A stretch of DNA of 64,000 nucleotides. It comes from Lama glama (taxonomy: Eukaryota). This document shows, piece by piece, positions 49,008-62,429 of the stretch (its first letter is position 1; every line of letters starts with the position of its first letter). Location: contig CM052816.1 in the NCBI GenBank assembly GCA_028534125.1, positions 992,001 through 1,056,000 of the forward strand, in the 5' to 3' direction. The notes beneath the pieces are model-generated. The model was given only the letters and a program-made list of their open reading frames with translations. It was not told the origin of the DNA and made no database searches. A program made the translations under genes and the position numbers.

Positions 49008-49026
49008 GGGCTGCCCTCTGCTGACA
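49008..49026 (-). promoter_or_regulatory. Candidate CTCF binding site
   Basis: Minus strand reads TGTCAGCAGAGGGCAGCCC, close to the CTCF core CC(A/G)(C/G)(C/T)AG(A/G)(G/T)GGC(A/G)(C/G), in a small CpG-retaining patch within AT-rich DNA. Confidence 0.5.
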
Positions 49027-51079
49027 GCCGGGCGAATTGTCAGGTACTGGGATTTAAATCTGTGAAGTCTCTTACGGAGTTCCAGTTGAACTGATTTCTC
49101 AGACTAGTTACTTGTTTGTTCGTTTGTTTTTAAGTTATAAAAATAGTTTATTTAAATTTTAAGAAATGACTCAGGAAAGTCAAATTTCTGAAACTGTAGA
49201 CCTGAGCCCCATGACCCCAAACCTGGGGATTTTATCAAAGTCTTGGGTGAAGCTTCACCTGGAACAGCTTGTCTGGCTTACTTGTCCTTGTGATACTGTT
49301 TCCTTTTCCTGGGGCCCAAAGAGATGGACATCAGGTCCCAGTCTACACTTGGGCAGCTCTGCACCCAGTCAGATGGCACACACGTGTGGTTCCAACGCCT
49401 CTCTCCCCAAACTGAGCTAACGACCCTGGTTTTTTCCTAGATTCTTTTTCTTCCTTTGGTTCATCCTTCATATCCCTTTTTCTCCAAGCACGTCCTGTCT
49501 TGTTTACACTTCCCCCCTTGTAGGGCCTCTGGTGTACATTCGCTTCACTTCTGTTCTTTTTTCTATCAACTTATGCCTTGTTGAAAATTAGTAAGTTCCT
49601 ATATTCACATTTATACTCCAAGGCCTCTGTACAATTTATAAAAAGAATTATCTTCCTCACCTCTCTGTGAAGTTCTGGAGAGCAATCTTGGTTCAGAGTC
49701 ACTGTCTGGAGGTCATGAGCGGTAGATGGACCCTTGAGCTGGGTCCCTGGAGAGCGTGTGTAAAGTGAGGAGAGAGCCCTGTAAAGTTTCCAGGGAAAGA
49801 TACTATGTAAGCCACTGATTGAAGGAAGAGGAACCATCAAAGGAGAGTAAACTTGAGTAGATTAAGCGGACAGAAGAAAATGAAGAGAGAGTGTATCATG
49901 GAGGCCAGTGGAGGAGGAGTTTCCAAAAGGGAATATGATGGACCGTGAATAGGAAGACTGAAGATGTCTGTCCCTTACTCACCCTCACTGCCATTTTTGA
50001 CCAATTAAAATTTTTATTTGCATTTATATAAGCTACTAAATATAAAAATATACAAGGCTAAATAAATTTTATAGAATTTGGAAAAAAAAGAAAAAAAACA
50101 GGATTGTTGTGTTGGTTAACCTACCCGTGGTTTAACACTTTGATATTACTAATTCACACTTTCTCTCTATTTTCCACAAGAACATCAAGGGTGGCATCCA
50201 GATATGCTGCTGAAGTCACTGATCCAGCATTGATCCACGGATGATGCTCAGTTCAGTAGACTTAACAAAAAGAAAAATAAGTTAATTTGGCAAATATTGT
50301 TCACATTCAGCATACGCTAGGCTACTTTTGATCACCAGTTTCTTCTTTGTCTTCTGACATTATTTTTAAATAATCCTGTTTAGATTTTTAGCACAAGAAA
50401 TAAACTCCAAAGGAGAGCAACTTTTCATACATAGCTTGCTTCATAGTTCGTCAGAGTGTATTAGTAACATGCGGTTTCTTAGAAGAAATGAATCTCCTTG
50501 AGATTGAAGGAAGAGTCATATGTTTCATTTAACAAAATTAATTTAACATTTACTACCATGCCAAGAATAAAAGTAACATTCATTGAGCGCCTTTTGTATC
50601 CCATACAGGAAGAAATAAATATTAGGAGCTCACAACTCAGAGAGGGACAAAGACAATTTTAAAAAATTCAATGAGTGTGACAAGTGCTATAGAGCAACTG
50701 TCACAGAGAACTGGGCTTTTGAGGAGTTGAGGAATGGATTTAACCAGCTGGAGAAGAAAGAGGAGGGTATTCTTGGCATCACAAGTCATCACAAGGAGCA
50801 TACTTGTTGCTAGTTGGTTTTTCCCCGAAAGGATGGATTTACACTTTTCTTGGTTCTTTTCAACAGATGGCAGCCGGTCATGAGCAGGACTTCTAGGACC
50901 GGTGCGCTGAGCGTATTGGTGGAGCAGAGGGAAGCAAGTGAGCAGTCAGAGGTCAAACTTGTGATTTCAGCCTGGTTAGCTCTGGATCCTAATTTATAGA
51001 AACAGACTACCTGATAGACCAAGGAAAGGGGCAAAAGAGAACAGCATGTAATACTCATACTACCTCGCTGCACCTTAGA

Positions 51080-51548
51080 TTCTTTTTTTTTTAAACATTT
51101 TTTATTGATTTATAATCATTTTACAATGTTGTATCAAATTCCAGTGTAGAGCACAATTTTTCAGTCATACATGAACATATATATATTCATTGTCATATTT
51201 TTTTCTCTGTGAGCTACCATAAGATCTTGTATATATTTCCCTGTGCTATACAGTATAATCTTGCTTATCTAGTCTACAATTTTGAAATCCCAGTCTATCC
51301 CTTCCCACCCTCCACCCTCCTGGCTACCACAAGTTTGAATTCTGTGTCTGTGAGTCTATTTCTGTTTTGTATTTATGCTTTGTTTCTGGGTTTTTTTTTT
51401 TTCTAGATTCCACATATGAGCGATCTCATATGGTATATTTCTTTCTTTTTCTGGCTTACTTCACTTAGAATGACATTCTCCAGGAGCATCTATGTTGCTG
51501 CAAATGACGTTACATTGTCTGTTTTTATGGCTGAGTAATATTCCATTA
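51080..51548 (-). mobile_element. LINE-1 3' end fragment
   Basis: T-tail, then TTTACAATGTTG..CTGGCTTACTTCACTTAGAATGACATTCTCCAGG..ATGGCTGAGTAATATTCCATT, the typical ORF2-end/3' UTR sequence. Confidence 0.88.
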
Positions 51549-51906
51549 AAAGCAGTTTCCACATCACTGAATTTCATCCTAACCTCAATGCTGTGAGGGA
51601 GGGAGTAGGTGTCCTCTACTTGCAGACAAGAGACATCAGATCCAAAGGACTGAGTGGCCTGGCTGAAGTCACAGAACCAGCAGGAAACAGGACTGCAGTT
51701 CAAATGAAATGGAAGTCACAGCATCCCTAAGTTAGTGATCTTCACTCTAAAGAGTAGGAGTTTGGACAGAATGGAGCTTAATAGAAAAATAGATAATAAA
51801 ATAAATGACTTAAGAGTATACAGAGACAATTGTGAAAATTTTTTAAATCCTTGTTTTTCATAAGAAGCATTAAGTTGTCTTCTGCTATTTGAACAGGTGA
51901 AAAGCT

Positions 51907-52834
51907 ATGGGAAGTTTCAGCACCAGTTTGGGGGTAAGCTTCATTTTAATAGGCTTCTCAGATTGGCCTCAACTGGAGCCAATTTTTTTGCCTTTATTTC
52001 AATTTCCTACTCCCTAAATCTCTCACCACCACCATCAGTCTCTCCCTCCTGGAACCTCAGTTGCACATGCCCGTGTATTTTTTTCTCTGCCACCTCTCCT
52101 TCCTTGACCTCTGCTATACCAACAGCACTGTGCCCCAGCTTCTGGTCAACCTTCATGGACCTGACCGGACCATCACCTATAGAGGGTGTGTGGCCCAGCT
52201 CTCCATCTGCCTTGTTCTGGGAGCCCCTGAGTGTGTGCTCCTTGTGGTGATGGCCTTGGACCGCTGGGCTGCTGTCTGTCATCCTCTCCACTACAGCAGC
52301 CATCATGCACCCTCTCCTCTGCAAGACCCTGGCTATTTACTAGCTTGGGAGCTTCATGAACCCTCTGATTCAGACAGGCCTCCTGACGGTCATGCCTCTC
52401 TGTGGCCTCCAGCTCCTGAACCACTTCTTCTGTGAGTTGCCTGTACTTCTGAAGCTGGCCTGTGGGGACACAAAAGGGGCAGAATCCAAGATGTTTGTGG
52501 CTCGAGCCATAGTGTTGGTTGTTCCAGCAGCGCGAACTCTGGGCTCTTATGTGTACATTGCTCAGGTGGTGCTGAGGGTCAATCAATGACTGGGAGAAGA
52601 AGGGCTTTCAGCGCTTGTGGCTCCCACCACCTGGTGGTTTCCCTTTTTTATGGCTCAGCCATCCATACATACCTCCAACCCATGCACAGTTATTCTGAGA
52701 GTGAGGGGAAATTTGTTGCCCTTTTTTATACCATAATTACTCCCATGTTCAATCCTCTGACTTATACCCTAAGGAACAAGGATGTGAAGAGGGCTCTGAG
52801 GAAGGTACTAAGAAGAGGCAGATACTCAGGGTAG
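51907..52834 (+). pseudogene. OR2Y1: Olfactory receptor pseudogene, family 2 (OR2Y1-like)
   Basis: Reading frames piece together [82 protein letters not shown] and [25 protein letters not shown]. Lesions: 1-nt deletion in the T-run 51983-51989, ~7-nt deletion removing FGN (~52023), 1-nt insertion (~52296), in-frame TAG (52341-52343), 1-nt deletion (~52582). An acceptor CAG|G at 51896 lies 10 nt before the ATG. Position next to MGAT1 fits known OR2Y1 synteny. Confidence 0.92.
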
Positions 52835-55561
52835 GACAGGAAAGGAGGACCAATGCAATTGTCTGTCATGGCTCTCAGATCATGGGGCCCGTCCTCTTCC
52901 TTGGAGGGGAGTTGGTCGATGGGAAATAGTCCTCCATAGGTTATAGTTTTAATGCCTTCCTTGTTTTCCAGGTGAAGTGGCGATCTCTCAGAACTCTTTC
53001 CAGATCAACGTATATTAATATTGTGCAGAAGGGGAGTAAGTATGATTTGTATCAGAACTTTCCAAAGGAATGAAGTTGGGGAAAAGATGTACTGTGGCCA
53101 CTTGTGGAGAGTGGGGCCGCGTTCTCAGCAAGTCTGTGTGTGAAAGAAGACTTGATTGCAATGACAACAACTTTTCCAAAGTCACTGATTCCTAGTGTGC
53201 TGCAATGTAGATGGCTCTGTGCTCAAAGGGCGAAGGCACGAGTTTACCACTGCTCTTCTAATCAGCTGTGACCCTGGACATGTCCCCTCACATCTCAGGG
53301 CCATTTCTAAGGTCTCTTTTGATGGTTACCATTCTATAAAACTTGGAACAAATAAAGAGATCATGAACAGAGGTACTTCGTGGAGCATGTATATTCTCTG
53401 ACACGGATGTCATTCACCTGTTTAAAGGAGGAGGCAAAACCATTAGGACAGCACTGAGTAACGAGAAGTATCATCGTGTCATCAGCACCAAGGGTCTCGG
53501 TCATGCTAACTGGTGTCAGGGACAAGATCTTTTCCATTTGAGAGAAGAAATGTTTATAAAAATAATGAGCCAAGAGGAAGTGATATAGGAAAGAAGAAAG
53601 GATAAGAGGGACTGACAAAAAAAAGGAGAAAGAGGTAGGCAGTGGTGGGCAGGTCAGGAGACTCTAGGGCAAGAGGGAGAGGCAGTGGACACTCGAAATT
53701 CCAGCACTGCCCTCCCATCCTGTATACTCAAATGACGCTTTCACGTCAAAGGGCAGATATCTTTGCTGATAACCTTTGACAGTCTCAGTGATTTTTCACA
53801 TTGAGTCAATCATCTTTTATTCAAATAGTAGAAACTAATATTTGTTTCATCTTTTAAAAGCTCTTTTGCATAAATTACCATTACTCATCACAGCATCACT
53901 GTGAGAGTTTCGTTGTAGTCTCTATTTATCTATGGTGAAACCAAGATTCCCAAAGTTTATGTAACTTTTCCAAGTTTACATATGAAGTGAGGCTGAGATC
54001 CACATTTCTGCCGTCCTAAATCCAGCCCTTGCTGCTACACCCTGCCAACTCTCCTTTTTAGGAGTGAATTTTTAATAGGAAAGATAGAGGCTGCCACGAA
54101 AGGTTGATGGGAGAGAATCAAAGGCGAGCTTAACATACTTCATGATTTTGCTTTAGTCTATTCCAGTCAGGGTTCTGAATTCTTCTGAGTTACACATTCT
54201 TTGGCTAGAGAAAGTATTTTTTCCCTGCATAAAGCCAATATATCCTATAATCATAGTTCTCATTTTTTTGAATCTTTATTACAGTTCAAGCACCATGTTA
54301 TATGATATACATAAAATGTATCAATACAATGTCACATTTAATTCTTACAGCATAAAGTACAGACATTACTCTCCCTTATCAGTTTTACTGATCAAGAGAC
54401 TAAAGTTTAGATTACTACTTTGTGTGACATCATTCAATTTATTTAGGTATTCAATGGAGGGCCAGGATTTGAATCTGGCCCATCATATTTCAAATCCCAC
54501 CCACCTAGCTACTACCTAAGAATCCAAATTTTTATATTTAGTAGCTCAAGGAACTAACCAACAATCTGCATGGAGCACATAGTTTTTCTCCTAAATGTTG
54601 GGCATATGACAATCCTGTTATATCAAGGTTCAAACTATTCAAACATATGAATTAACCTAATGGAAAAAAAAAGGATTATTTGAACTAGCAGGACAGAATT
54701 TAATAAAATTATTTTGTGATTAATGTGTTATTCTTTCATTTGGCATGCAGAAAAATAGCCTCTCAATTGCATTAAGAGGAACATATCCCACAGCTAGGTA
54801 ATTTTAAGAGACCACTGGAACAGTTGGGCACGTACAGCCATTGTGTTTGCAAGTTAGGTAATGCTGGAGGCAAATGCCATCTCCATGGGAACCTACACCC
54901 ATGGCAGTGGCTAATTGATCATTGGAGATCTTGAGTCCCTGTACCATGCCAGAGTCACTGAGTGATTCAAAATGTCCCTCAATTACTCAACTGAGAGAGG
55001 AAGTCATAGGTGACTTTCCATGTGGAACACAAGATTAACACCTTGGCAGGTCTCCTTTGTCTTTGAGAGCCCACAGGGCTGGAATTTGAAATTCTGCCTT
55101 CTGTTCTTAGCCTGCTTAACCTCCTAAGTGGGGGTTTGGGATGGAAATAATGGTGCGTGAAATACTTAAAGTGGGGGCTTATCTCCTGAAAAGAGAGGGA
55201 GACTTGGGAGAGAAGAGATTGTGTAGGATTGGCTCTCAAGAGAAGAATTAAAGGATGATTTAATAAATGAAGGAGAAAGTACAAGAACTTAGAGATTTCA
55301 GTGAACACCTGGAAAAACTGCTTACTGTAGATTTTAAAAACATTTCCGGAACTTTATATCATTTTATTTTTAAAAATATGATTGGTTTTAGATGGTATCA
55401 TTTATAATTGAAATTAACAGGAAATTCATCAGCGGGTTGGGTGCTTACTTAGGAGATAGTTCAGGTTGGGGAGTTACTTTACTTGAAGAAAGGAAGGGTC
55501 AGATACACCCATCTCAGAACCAGCATCAAAAAAGAAGACTGATATCCTCATGGAGGTGGTA

Positions 55562-55619
55562 GTGTGTGTGTGTGTGTGTGTCTGTGTGTCTGTGTGTCTG
55601 TGGGTCTGTGTGTCTGTGT
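55562..55619. repeat. (GT)n/(GTCTGTGT)n microsatellite
   Basis: Read directly. Confidence 0.9.
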
Positions 55620-55921
55620 ATTGGAGGGTAGGGATGAGCACGTATTGGGTGGGGATGATGGCTCAGAGACCTGATGTGACACCAGGACACTAAGCAGCAG
55701 GAAAAGACTCTAGGAAATATTCAGCACTAGTCACATCCATCTTCATTCAATCTCCATCCTTTGGTATGTACAAGAATGTAGATAACCTCTCTCTTAAAAC
55801 TTACTCCTGCATCTTGATGCCCAGATGTACCTCATCAAACATGACCCGAGTCAGAACAGTAAAGAGAGAGAAGATTCATTTGGGTGCATGGAGTCTTCAC
55901 CCATGTCTAACATTCCTCTGA

Positions 55922-58900
55922 TTTCTTTCTTTTTTTTAAATTAATTAATTTTATATTGAAGTATAGTCAGTTTACAATGTTGTGTCAGTTTCTGGTGTAC
56001 AGCATAATAGTTCAGTCATATATATACACACATATATTCATTTTTATATTCTTTTTCATTATAGGTTACTACAAAATTTTGGATACAGCTCCCTGTACTA
56101 TACAGTATAAACTTGTTGTTTATCTATATCATATATAGTAGTTAGTATCTGCAAATCTTGAACTCCCAATTTATCCCTTCCCATACCCTCCATTCTAGGT
56201 AAGTATAAGTTTATTTTCTACGTCTGTGAGTCTTTCTGTTTCGTAAATAAGTTCATTGCCTTTTTATTAGAGTCCACATATAAATAATATCATATGGTAT
56301 TTTTCTTTCTCTTTCTGGCTTACTTCACTTAGAATGACAATCTCCAGGTCCATCCATGTTGCTGCAAATGACATTATTTTATTCTTTTTTATGGCTGAGT
56401 AGTATTCCACTGTATAAATAAACCACAGCTTCTTTATCCAATCATCTGTTGATGGACATTTGGTTGCTTCCATGTCTTGGCTATTGTATATAGTGTTGCC
56501 ATGAACATTGGGGTGCATGCATGTTTTTGAATTAAAGTTCTCTCTGGATATATGCCCAGGAGTGGGATTGCTGGATCATGTGGTAAGTCTATTTTCAGTC
56601 TTTTGACGCATCTCCATATCATTTTCCATAACAACTGCACCAAACTACATTTCCACCAACAGTGTAGGAGGGTTTCCTCTTCTCCACACCCTCTCCAGCA
56701 TTTATCATTTGTGGACTTTTTAATGATGGCCATTCTGACTGGTGTGTGATGATACCTCACTGTATTTTTTATTTGCATTTCTCTGATAATTAGCGATATT
56801 GAGCATTTTTTCATGTATCTATTGGCCATTTATATGTCTTCATTGGAGAATTGCTTATTTAGGTCTTCTGCCCATTTTTGGATTGGTTTTTTTGTTTTTT
56901 TCTTATTATGTTGTATGAGCTGTTTATATATTCTGGAAATTAAGCCCTTGTCAGTCTCATCTTTTGCAAATATTTTCTCCCATTCTGTAGGTTGTCTTTT
57001 TGTTTTGCTTATGGTTTCCTCTGCTGTGCGAAAGCTTGTAAGTTTAATTAGGCATCATTTTAAAATTTTTGCTTTTATTTCTATTGGCTGGGTAGACTGC
57101 CCTAGGAGAACATTGGAAGATTTATGTCGGACAATATTTTGCCTATGTTTTCTTCTAAGAGGTTTATAGCATCTTGTCTTATGTTTAAGTCTTTAAGCCA
57201 TTTTGAGTTTATTTTTGTGTATGGTGTGAGGGAGCATTCTAACTTCACTGATTTAAATGTCCAGTTTTCCCAACACCATTTGCTGAAGAGACTCTACACC
57301 ATTATACACTCTTGCCTCTTTTGTCAAAGATTAACTGACCAAAAGTCTGTGGATTTATTTCTAGACTCTCTATTCTGTTCCATTGTTCCATATGTCTGTT
57401 TTTGTACCAGTAGCATGCTGTTTTAATTACTGTAGCTCTGTAGCATTGTCTAAAGTCTGGGAGGGTTATTCCTCCAGCTTCATTCTTTTTCTTCAATATT
57501 GCTGTGCCAATTTCTGGGTCTTTTGTGATTGCATACAAATTTTAGGATTATTTGTTCTAGTTCTGTGAAAAATGCCCTGGATAATTTGATAGGTATTGCA
57601 TTAAATCAATAGATTTCTTTGGATAGTATGGCCATTTTAACAATATTAATTCTTCCAATCCAAGAACATGGGATATCTTTCCATCATTGTTATTTGCCTT
57701 GAAGTATTTTTAAATTTCTTCTTTGATTTCACTGTTGACCCATTAATTTTTTAGTAGCATGTTGTTTAATCTCCATGCTGTTTTTTTTTTCCTTTGTTTT
57801 TCTGTAGTTGATTTCTAGTTTCATGGCATTGTGTTCAGAAAAGGTGCTTGAAATCATTTCTATCCTCTTAAACTTGTTGAGGCTTCTTTTGTGCCCAAGT
57901 ACATAACATAGCCTAGAAAATGCTCCGTGTGCACTTGGAAAGAATGTATACTCTATTTTGGGGGGATGTAATCTTCTGAAATTATCAACCAAGTCTAACT
58001 GTCCTATTGTTTCATTTCATTTCTCTGTTTCCTTGTTAATTTTCTGTCTTGAAGATCTGTCCAGTGATGTTAATGGAGTGTTAAAGTCTCCTACGATGAT
58101 TGTGTTCCCATCAATTTCTCCCTTCATATCTGTTAGTATTTGCTTTATGTATTTAGGTGGTCCTATATCGGGTGATATATGTTAACAAGTATAATATCTT
58201 CATCTTGTATTGCTCCTTTAATCATTATATAATGCCCTTGTTTATCTTTCTTTATTGCCTTTGTTTTAAAGCCTATTTTGTCTGAAATCAGTATTGTTAC
58301 TCCTGCTTTCTTATCATTTTCATTTGCATGGAATATCTTTTTCCATCCTCTCACTCTCAGTCTACGTGTGTCCTTCTCCGTAAAGTGGGTCTCTTGTATG
58401 CAGCATATGGTAGGTTCTTGTTTTATTATTCAGTATGCCACTCTATGTCTTTTATTGGAGCATTTAGTCCATTGACATTTATGGTAATTATTGATAGATG
58501 TGTGTTTATTGCCATTTTGAACTTAGTTTTGCAGTTGACTTGGTATTTCCTCTTTATTCCTTTCTTTCTCTTTTTGTGATTTGATAATTTTCCTTTGTAG
58601 TATCTTGGTTTCTTTTTAGTTTTTTTGACTCTAGTATAAGCTTTTGGTTTGTGGTTACCCTGTTTGGTATGTATATTAACCCATTACTATACCTATTTGT
58701 TTTAAACTGATAGTAATATAAGCTCATACCCATCCTACTGAGAACAAAAAAAAAAAAAAGGAAAGAAAAAATTCTATATTTTCTTGCTCCCCTCCTCCAC
58801 CCTTAATGATTTAGATGTCCTCTTTTACAGTTTCATGTTTATTCTGTTGTAATTCATTATAGTTATCACCTTTCCAATTATGGTTTTCTCCTTTCTGTAG

Positions 58901-59968
58901 CATCCTGCTTCTTTTCTAGAGTAGACCTTTCAATATTTCTTTTAGTATAGGTTTAGTGTTGCTAAAGTCTTTCAGTTTTTGCTTGTCTGTGAAGTTCTTT
59001 ATCTCTCCTTCTATTCTAAAGGATAGCCTAGCTGGATAAAGTATCCTAGGTTGCATCTTTTTTTTCATTCAGGAATTTGAATATATCTTTCCACTCCCTT
59101 CTGGCTTGCAGTGTTTGTGTAGAGAAATCAGCTGAAAGCCTTATGGGGGTTCCCTTGTAACTAACTCTTCTTTTTCCTCTTGCTGCATTTAGAATCATTT
59201 CTTTATCCTTAACCCTGACCATCGTGATTATAACATTTCTTGGTGTAAGTCTGTTTGGGTTCTTATTGTTTGGGACCCTCTGTGCTTCCTGTCCTTGTAT
59301 CTGATTCCTTCTTTAGGTTTGCAAAGTTTTCGGTCATGATTTCTTGAAATACCTTTTCCATCCCCTTTGCTCTCTCTTCTCCTTCTGGGACCCTTATTAT
59401 GCATAGGTTGGCAAGCTTTATATTATCCCATAGGTCCCTTAATTGTTTTAATTGGTTTTTATTAGTTTTTCTTTCAGCTGTTCTGGTTGGGTGACTTGTG
59501 TTGTCCTGTCTTCTAAGTTACTTGTTCGTTCCTCTGCATTATCTAGCCTGCTTTTTACAGCCCTTAGCTCAGCAAATGAATTTTCCAATTTTAATGGACT
59601 CCTCTTCATGATTTCAATTTCCTTTTTGACATATTCTCTGTCTCTATTCACAATCTCCTTAAGTTCCTTCATTACTTTGATCACTCCTTTTTTGAAATCA
59701 TGATCTAGTTGACTATCAAGGTCTATTTCATTGATCATTCTTTCAGGGGATTTCTCTTGTTCTTTTAATTGGGAGTGGTTCCTCTGCTTCTTCATTTTAC
59801 TTATATCTCTCGGGCACTGTGGGTTATGAAGTATCAGTTATCTACTGTGGTCCCGAAGGTGTTTGTTTGTTTATCTAAAGCAGATGCAGAAATAAAACTA
59901 AAAAAATTTAGAAGAAGAAAAAAAGATTTGAAAACAGAGTATAATCAATACAGAAGTACAAAAAAAAA
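55922..59968 (-). mobile_element. LINE-1, relatively young and long (5' UTR part, ORF1, ORF2 endonuclease, ORF2 C-terminus, 3' UTR), with internal deletion and disrupted ORFs
   Basis: Minus-strand translations: ORF1 from 59795 (MKKQRNHSQLKEQEKSPE..SRLDNAEER); ORF2 ATG at ~58515 with endonuclease residues (GWKKIFHANENDKKAGVTILISDK..GHYIMIKG); ORF2 C-terminal pieces ([57 protein letters not shown]). T-rich tail at ~55922-55937. The element runs into the gap at 59969. Confidence 0.97.
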
Positions 59969-60468
59969 NNNNNNNNNNNNNNNNNNNNNNNNNNNNNNNN
60001 NNNNNNNNNNNNNNNNNNNNNNNNNNNNNNNNNNNNNNNNNNNNNNNNNNNNNNNNNNNNNNNNNNNNNNNNNNNNNNNNNNNNNNNNNNNNNNNNNNNN
60101 NNNNNNNNNNNNNNNNNNNNNNNNNNNNNNNNNNNNNNNNNNNNNNNNNNNNNNNNNNNNNNNNNNNNNNNNNNNNNNNNNNNNNNNNNNNNNNNNNNNN
60201 NNNNNNNNNNNNNNNNNNNNNNNNNNNNNNNNNNNNNNNNNNNNNNNNNNNNNNNNNNNNNNNNNNNNNNNNNNNNNNNNNNNNNNNNNNNNNNNNNNNN
60301 NNNNNNNNNNNNNNNNNNNNNNNNNNNNNNNNNNNNNNNNNNNNNNNNNNNNNNNNNNNNNNNNNNNNNNNNNNNNNNNNNNNNNNNNNNNNNNNNNNNN
60401 NNNNNNNNNNNNNNNNNNNNNNNNNNNNNNNNNNNNNNNNNNNNNNNNNNNNNNNNNNNNNNNNNNNN
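59969..60468. other. Assembly gap (exactly 500 N) truncating the L1 5' end
   Basis: Run of N, read directly. Confidence 1.
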
Positions 60469-60939
60469 ATGGGAGAGGGAAAAGTGATACCCTTACTCCA
60501 AAGAACTCCAACTTCAATGACCCTGAGCTACGAGAGCCAGCAACACAGAAATCTAACGGGGCTGGGGGAGTAGGGAGCCCCACAACATAAAAAGCACCAA
60601 GTGCTAACTGCTCGCCAGACCCACACAAGGCACGGTACATGCAAGTCTCCCTTCACTCTCACAAAGCAGGAGGAAGAAGATACTGCTGCATCTCCACTAA
60701 ACACCAACAATAAAAAAAATACATTGAGAAGGAGGAAGAAGAGGAGGAGGAGGAGAAAGGGAAAGAGCATAAAAGCTAAGGAGTTAAAACACTCACAGTG
60801 GCACACACGACCAACTATGTTAACCATTTCTGTCCCACTGCCTGCCTCTTGGAGAAGTAACCAAAAAAAAAAAAAGTGGTAAAGAAATTTAAAGACTAGG
60901 TGGCAAGGTATGCAGATGAAAAATCAGTCACTGCAGAAG

Positions 60940-61660
60940 ATGACATTTAATACATGCTTATCCTCCCTTCCATCCCTCTGCAAATCCTGTGAGCTCTCCC
61001 TGCATAGCACATGGGAACCAAACCTCTCACTGTCACCGAAGCCTCCATCTCCTCTTACCTAGACCCGGGCAGCAGCCTCCTCTCTGGTCCCCTGATTCCA
61101 CTCGTGCCCCTACAGTCCACCCTCCAAACAGCAGCCAGAGGGAGCGTCTCAAAAGGCAAGTCAGCTTGCTCTCCTGCACAAAGCCTTCCCACAGCTTCCC
61201 AGCCCGCTCGGAGCAACACCCAAAGCTTGCATGATCTGGCCCTTTGTCCCATCTCCAGCCTCACTCCCACCCATCCTTCCCTCCCTCATCCACTCCTACC
61301 CAGGTGGCCTCCTTGCCAGTCCAGTCCCTCCAGGCTGCTGCTGCTTCCGGGGATGCCCTCCCCCTGCCCCCCAGTACTTGCCCTGTTCACTCATACTTCT
61401 TCCAGAGTCTTCTCAAGTGTCACCTCATCAGAGTCACCTGAGCCCCGACCTAACATAACCACAGACACACCAACACTCACCCCCAGGCACTCTCTCCCCC
61501 TGCCCCTCTCTCTCCCTGCCCTGCTCTTCTCCTCTTCATAGAATTCCTTATTCTTTGGCAGTGGTGATTGCTTATTTGTTTATTCCCTACCTGCCTCACA
61601 GGAAAGAAAGTTCTATGATGGAGGACACCTTGACCAGGACAAGGCTTGGCATAGAGCAGG
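60940..61660 (+). mobile_element. LINE-2 (L2) fragment
   Basis: CAGCAGCCTCCTCTCTGGTCCCCTG, CAGTCCACCCTCCAAACAGCAGCCAGAGGGA, TGCATGATCTGGCCC and TTCTCAAGTGTCACCTCATCAGAG; C-rich L2 motifs. Confidence 0.75.
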
Positions 61661-62429
61661 TCAGTTGTCTACCTTTTTTTCATTAGCATCCCCACAAAGA
61701 GTCTTTTTTGAGATTTTTTTTTCCTAATCACCTCCACTATGAAATTTTCATACCATAGATATATTACATATCCGTGTATGTACTATATGTATATCTGTGC
61801 TTTATACATAAAAAGAGTGAAATTTTTTGCCCCTTCCCTACAAATCAATTTTTGTACCCTTAGGGGTGATATTTCCCCTGTTGGGAATGCATGGAATAGG
61901 TGCTTGATAAATATTTGTAGAATGGATAAAACTCCGAAGTGGACGGCAGGCTGAAAGACAGACATTGTTCAAGGTACTGAGTTCAGCTGGGGAAATTCCA
62001 AGCCACCTCCCCACCCGAGCCTCCAGTCTGCAGTGTGAGTACATCCTGTCACGCTGGGTCTGGTGACTATGCGGTATTTTTCTAATTCAGGTTTTCAGCT
62101 TTTCTTTTAACCCTAATCTTGTTTCGCATCCCAGCTCTTACTGCTATTTTGGGTGCGGAAATTCACTTTTCCTCCACCCTCATCCCCAGGCTTTAAAATC
62201 TAGATAAGCCTCCCCGACCCGACTCTTCATTTTACAAACCTTCATTGAGTTTGTACATGAGCCGGACTCTGGAGATGAAGAGATGATTATTCCCCGGTTC
62301 CTGCCCTCTGGAAGCTTTGGGCATATGAGCATACACAGGATGCTTAGTGTAACACACCAAGCGCCCCAAAAGAAGGAGGGACAAGGTGCTTTGAAAGGAC
62401 AGCAGAATCTCTCCTTCCACATCCAACTG

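Noticed and set aside
54640..54930. Possible olfactory-receptor promoter (TAAT homeodomain motifs plus O/E-like CTCCATGGGA)
   Set aside because: The O/E match is poor, TAAT motifs are common in AT-rich DNA, and no second OR coding remnant is visible in the window.
60469..60882. Post-gap segment with a basic 93-aa ORF (RRRKKRRRRRK) ending near an A13 run; possible retrocopy
   Set aside because: The basic stretch derives from a (GAG/AAG)n simple repeat, the start is GTG, and there is no poly(A) signal next to the A-run, visible TSD or recognisable parent gene.
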